Shown here piece by piece: positions 7,951-10,750 of a stretch of 10,750 bases of DNA. The position numbers and the translations under genes are program-made. The stretch lies in NCBI GenBank assembly GCA_016933575.1, contig JAFGAR010000120.1, forward strand, positions 1 through 10,750, in the 5' to 3' direction. The DNA is from Candidatus Thorarchaeota archaeon (GTDB taxonomy: Archaea; Asgardarchaeota; Thorarchaeia; Thorarchaeales; Thorarchaeaceae). The notes under the pieces were generated by a model. The model searched no databases. It was not told where the DNA came from and worked only from the letters and a program-made list of their open reading frames with translations. Within the stretch, counting starts at the first letter, position 1, and every line of letters begins with the position of its first letter.

Positions 7951-8643
7951 ATGAAGACACAACTTGAATTCTATATGGAAGAAATAGAAAAGAGGATACG
8001 ACGGATACACGAGCTAGTGAATCATGGTCTCTCAATGGCTATGGACGCTTTCGCATCTCTTGATGGGAAAGAGGTTGTAATGGTAAAACAGAATAGCCAC
8101 GAAATCGAGGACCTGTCTGAAAAGGTGGAGGATAATGTTTTCGAAACAATCGCGCGACGACAACCTGTTGCTCGTGACCTGAGAAAGCTTGCCGCTTATC
8201 TCCAGATATCACATCATCTCTATCGAATAGGTCGATATGCATGCAAGATTGCTCACATCGTTGATCTCTGTCTGGCAGAGAATCTTATTCATTACAAAGA
8301 GCTACAGTCACTCCCGCATCTTAAACAACTGGCCCAAGAAACCATCAATATTGCCATGGAAGCTGTGCTTGATGGGAACTTAGAACGGATTCCTGATTTA
8401 GAGAATTTGGAGTCTGAGAGCGATAGGGAAACAGAGGAGATGTTCCAAGAGATAAGTGAGTTCCTTCGCAAACAGGATGGCATAGAGAAGATGTCGATGT
8501 TCTATGTGATTGTTGGTCGATACTTTGAGCGTGCAGCAGATCATGGACTCCAGATAGCTGAACGGGGGATCTATATTCATACAGGCAAGAAGAAGCAGCT
8601 GGGTATCGCCTTCAAAGATAAGGGAATGCTAGGACCCCACTAG
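7951..8643 (+). CDS. phoU: Phosphate signalling/uptake regulator PhoU
   Basis: Motifs IARRQPVARDLR and RYFERAADH; helical and acidic; directly after pstB. AGGAG (7938-7942) favours ATG 7951, with 7945 as the alternative. Confidence 0.92.
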   Translation: MKTQLEFYMEEIEKRIRRIHELVNHGLSMAMDAFASLDGKEVVMVKQNSHEIEDLSEKVEDNVFETIARRQPVARDLRKLAAYLQISHHLYRIGRYACKIAHIVDLCLAENLIHYKELQSLPHLKQLAQETINIAMEAVLDGNLERIPDLENLESESDRETEEMFQEISEFLRKQDGIEKMSMFYVIVGRYFERAADHGLQIAERGIYIHTGKKKQLGIAFKDKGMLGPH

Positions 8644-8655
8644 ACTCGTAGGACT

Positions 8656-9180
8656 TCATTTCGTCGTGATTCTATCATGGATCGATCTAACGAGCTCAAG
8701 GAATGCCATCTCAACATGGATATTCTCAGTAGCACTTGTTTGGATGTATTTGAGAACGCGCTTTGCAATCTCAGCGTGGATGTGATCTGACATGATAGCA
8801 GGCTGTAGGTCAATCTTGTTCTCGCACACGACAACAGGCACATTTCCTGCAGCATTTCTAAGTGCGACTAGCCATTGATCGAGCTTCTCGAAGGTTTCCG
8901 GTCTTGTCCTATCAAAGACGAAGAATGCGCCACTTGCATTTGCGCAGTATTGCTCTCTTAACTCCGAAAACGACTCCTGCCCACCTAGATCCCAGATGAC
9001 CAGTTTGTGCAAACTATCTCGAAACTCGACCTTCTTGACGTGCAAGACCGCACCAATTGTCCTACTCATATCTGTTGATAGGCTGTCATAGACAAAACGC
9101 TCGACCAGTGAGGTCTTCCCTACACCTGACTCACCCAAAAAGACGAGCTTGTGGACAAAGTCCGGTTCACGATTCACCAT
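8656..9180 (-). CDS. Rab-like small GTPase (Ras superfamily), paralog A, divergent
   Basis: G1 GESGVGKT, G2 T (RTIG), G3 WDLGGQ, G4 NKID, G5 TSAT. AGGAG lies 10 nt upstream of the ATG. No C-terminal Cys. Confidence 0.93.
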   Translation of the reverse strand: MVNREPDFVHKLVFLGESGVGKTSLVERFVYDSLSTDMSRTIGAVLHVKKVEFRDSLHKLVIWDLGGQESFSELREQYCANASGAFFVFDRTRPETFEKLDQWLVALRNAAGNVPVVVCENKIDLQPAIMSDHIHAEIAKRVLKYIQTSATENIHVEMAFLELVRSIHDRITTK

Positions 9181-9203
9181 GACATCATATCTCCTAGGGC
9201 GTC

Positions 9204-9743
9204 TTATGGTTCTACGATACGTTTCCTCAATCTTGACTTCTCAAGAATCTCACGAGTCATTTCTAAGAAAGCTTCTTCAACATTTGTGTCTTCCTTTGCG
9301 CTGGTCTGGATTAGCTTCATATCGAATTTTTTCGCAATCTTCTCCAATTCTGCTCGTTCTATCCTAGATTCAAGGTCGACCTTATTCTCAAGAAGCACAA
9401 TTGGTATCTTTCCTGTCACGGCATTAAGGGCCTCAATCCACTCATCGATACGTTGGAGGGTCGCGGGACGAGTAGTATCGAATACGAAAAAGGCTCCCGA
9501 TGCGTTCTGATAGTATGCCTTCCTCAACTGGGCGAAGTCGTCTTGACCTGCGATATCCCAGATGACAAGTTTGCATAGTGTGTCATCTACTTTGACAGGC
9601 TTAGTATGCATCGCGGCACCGATAGTTGCGAGATAGTCTCCTTCAAAGGAATCGTAAACATAGCGACCTACAAGCGAGGTTTTCCCAACTCCGCCCTCTC
9701 CTAGAAAAACCAATTTCCATAGATAGGCGACGTGTTCTGTCAA
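9204..9743 (-). CDS. Rab-like small GTPase (Ras superfamily), paralog B, canonical
   Basis: G1 GEGGVGKT, switch I F..DY.ATIG, G3 KLVIWDIAGQ, YYQNA, FVFDTT, G4 NKVD, G5 TSAK. TTG start with GGAG 10 nt upstream. Basic C-terminus KSRLRKR, no Cys. Confidence 0.94.
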   Translation of the reverse strand: MTEHVAYLWKLVFLGEGGVGKTSLVGRYVYDSFEGDYLATIGAAMHTKPVKVDDTLCKLVIWDIAGQDDFAQLRKAYYQNASGAFFVFDTTRPATLQRIDEWIEALNAVTGKIPIVLLENKVDLESRIERAELEKIAKKFDMKLIQTSAKEDTNVEEAFLEMTREILEKSRLRKRIVEP

Positions 9744-9885
9744 GGGATGGATACTCCAAAAGATGCTGGCGATAATGTGTTTGACGCTTCTGATAAAATT
9801 ATCGAAGACCTCCTGAAAAGATTATCGGGAACCAAAAGTGACAAAAGACGAACATTCCATTCTAGCAACATGATGGTGGTGACCA

Positions 9886-10677
9886 ATGCAAATAGGAACG
9901 TTCGCGAGGGATAACAAGCAGATTGAAGATGCACTTACGTACGAGCCCGATTTCATAGATCTAAGAATGGATCTTAATCATAGCATCATCTTCACAGAGG
10001 CAAAAAGAATGCTGCGGGAATCAGGAGTCGCATGCACTCTCCACCTACCAAGTAGTCCAGACTGGAATCCGTTGGATATTGCGAAAGATATCATGCCCTA
10101 TGTAGACCTTGGTAGAGAGGTGGATGCAGAGCTCGTGTATTTCCATACGACCCTCTCAACCCTTTTCTATAGCGATCAAGATATCGAGGTGTTCCTCTCA
10201 GCCCTTCCAGCTGTATGTGATGTTGTGAAGGACTCAGGCATCAACATGGCAATAGAAACCTTGGGACTCTATTATACCGAGCTTATGCTCCTCTTTGATG
10301 CCCATCCCAAGATGTCAATGGCCCTCGATCTAGGACATGGACAGATCATGGCAAAGCGAAATAGAGCATTGGGTCATATTGAGAGCTTCCATGAGAAGAT
10401 CAGAATGGTGATAGTCCATGATAATCATGGTGCAGACATGGTAGATGAGGTCATTCGCATCAAGAAGGATAGAATGCTATCCATTGAAGAGATGCGAGAG
10501 ATTGCACATAGATACGACGAGCACCTTCCCATTGGAGAAGGACATATCGATTTCATCCCATTATTCAGAGAACTGAAGGAACATCACTACGATGGGAAGT
10601 TCCTCCTGATGAGTGCAGATCAGACTCGATTTGAGAGCGAACGGGAAAAGTTCACGGACCTCTGGTTGCAGGCATGA
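9886..10677 (+). CDS. Xylose-isomerase-like TIM-barrel protein (sugar phosphate isomerase/epimerase / AP endonuclease family 2 fold)
   Basis: Motifs TLHLP, VYFH, AIET, LDLGHG, VHDNHG, DEHLPIGEGHIDF, YDG. GGTGGTGA ribosome-binding site just upstream of the ATG. Confidence 0.85.
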   Translation: MQIGTFARDNKQIEDALTYEPDFIDLRMDLNHSIIFTEAKRMLRESGVACTLHLPSSPDWNPLDIAKDIMPYVDLGREVDAELVYFHTTLSTLFYSDQDIEVFLSALPAVCDVVKDSGINMAIETLGLYYTELMLLFDAHPKMSMALDLGHGQIMAKRNRALGHIESFHEKIRMVIVHDNHGADMVDEVIRIKKDRMLSIEEMREIAHRYDEHLPIGEGHIDFIPLFRELKEHHYDGKFLLMSADQTRFESEREKFTDLWLQA

Positions 10678-10684
10678 CTGGAAA

Positions 10685-10750
10685 CTAACCTCTTCTTGCA
10701 AGAGAATCGACAAGCTTGCTCACTTCCGCGAGTCCAGTTTCATCCCCTGC
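10685..10750 (-). CDS. Probable 3' end of a convergent gene, product unknown
   Basis: The reverse strand reads ...AGDETGLAEVSKLVDSLARRG-stop (TAG at 10687-10685), ending 7 nt from the TIM-barrel stop. This fits the tight gene packing of the window, but only 21 residues are visible. Confidence 0.4.
   Translation of the reverse strand, partial: AGDETGLAEVSKLVDSLARRG

Noticed and set aside
8991-9574. Repeated DNA such as CCCAGATGAC near 8991 and 9557
   Set aside because: This is coding similarity (VIWD) between the duplicated GTPases, not a separate repeat element.
9204-9743. Assignment to Rab32/38 because of WDIAGQ, or eukaryotic contamination
   Set aside because: A single motif is insufficient: RabF1 and RabF3 are divergent and there is no prenylation tail. 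The genes are intronless with prokaryotic ribosome-binding sites in an archaeal operon context.
9732-9934. 60-aa (+) and 64-aa (-) ORFs in the GTPase/TIM-barrel spacer
   Set aside because: They overlap both neighbours and would fill the space needed for two divergent promoters. The stretch DKIIEDLLKRL looks protein-like, but there is no other support.
1-10750. CRISPR array, tRNA/rRNA, transposase, or restriction-modification/defence island
   Set aside because: No periodic repeat-spacer pattern, cloverleaf, transposase or nuclease motifs were seen, and the intergenic spaces are short.

Overview
Archaeal genomic window, most likely from an Asgard archaeon. This is an inference from two tandem Ras-superfamily (Rab-like) GTPases without prenylation tails, an archaeal-type AbrB-PhoU regulator, and GGAG/GGTGA ribosome-binding sites. 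The core is a ~7.6 kb divergent phosphate-homeostasis island. Leftward it holds an AbrB/MazE-PhoU regulator and an SLC34/NptA-type Na/Pi cotransporter with PhoU repeats; rightward it holds pstS-pstC-pstA-pstB-phoU. No PhoR/PhoB is present in the window. To the left lie an orphan, circularly permuted SPPY-type methyltransferase and the start of a probable GNAT gene. To the right lie the convergent GTPase pair and a xylose-isomerase-like TIM-barrel protein. The main signals are: (1) one GTPase paralog naturally carries the fast-cycling F28L-equivalent change and has lost the G5 lysine, while its twin is canonical; (2) the divergent promoter region has nested inverted repeats and a recurring CATTTAC motif that may be a Pho-box analogue; (3) PstC and PstA share an N-terminal cytoplasmic motif. 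All alignments were done by eye and no database searches were run.
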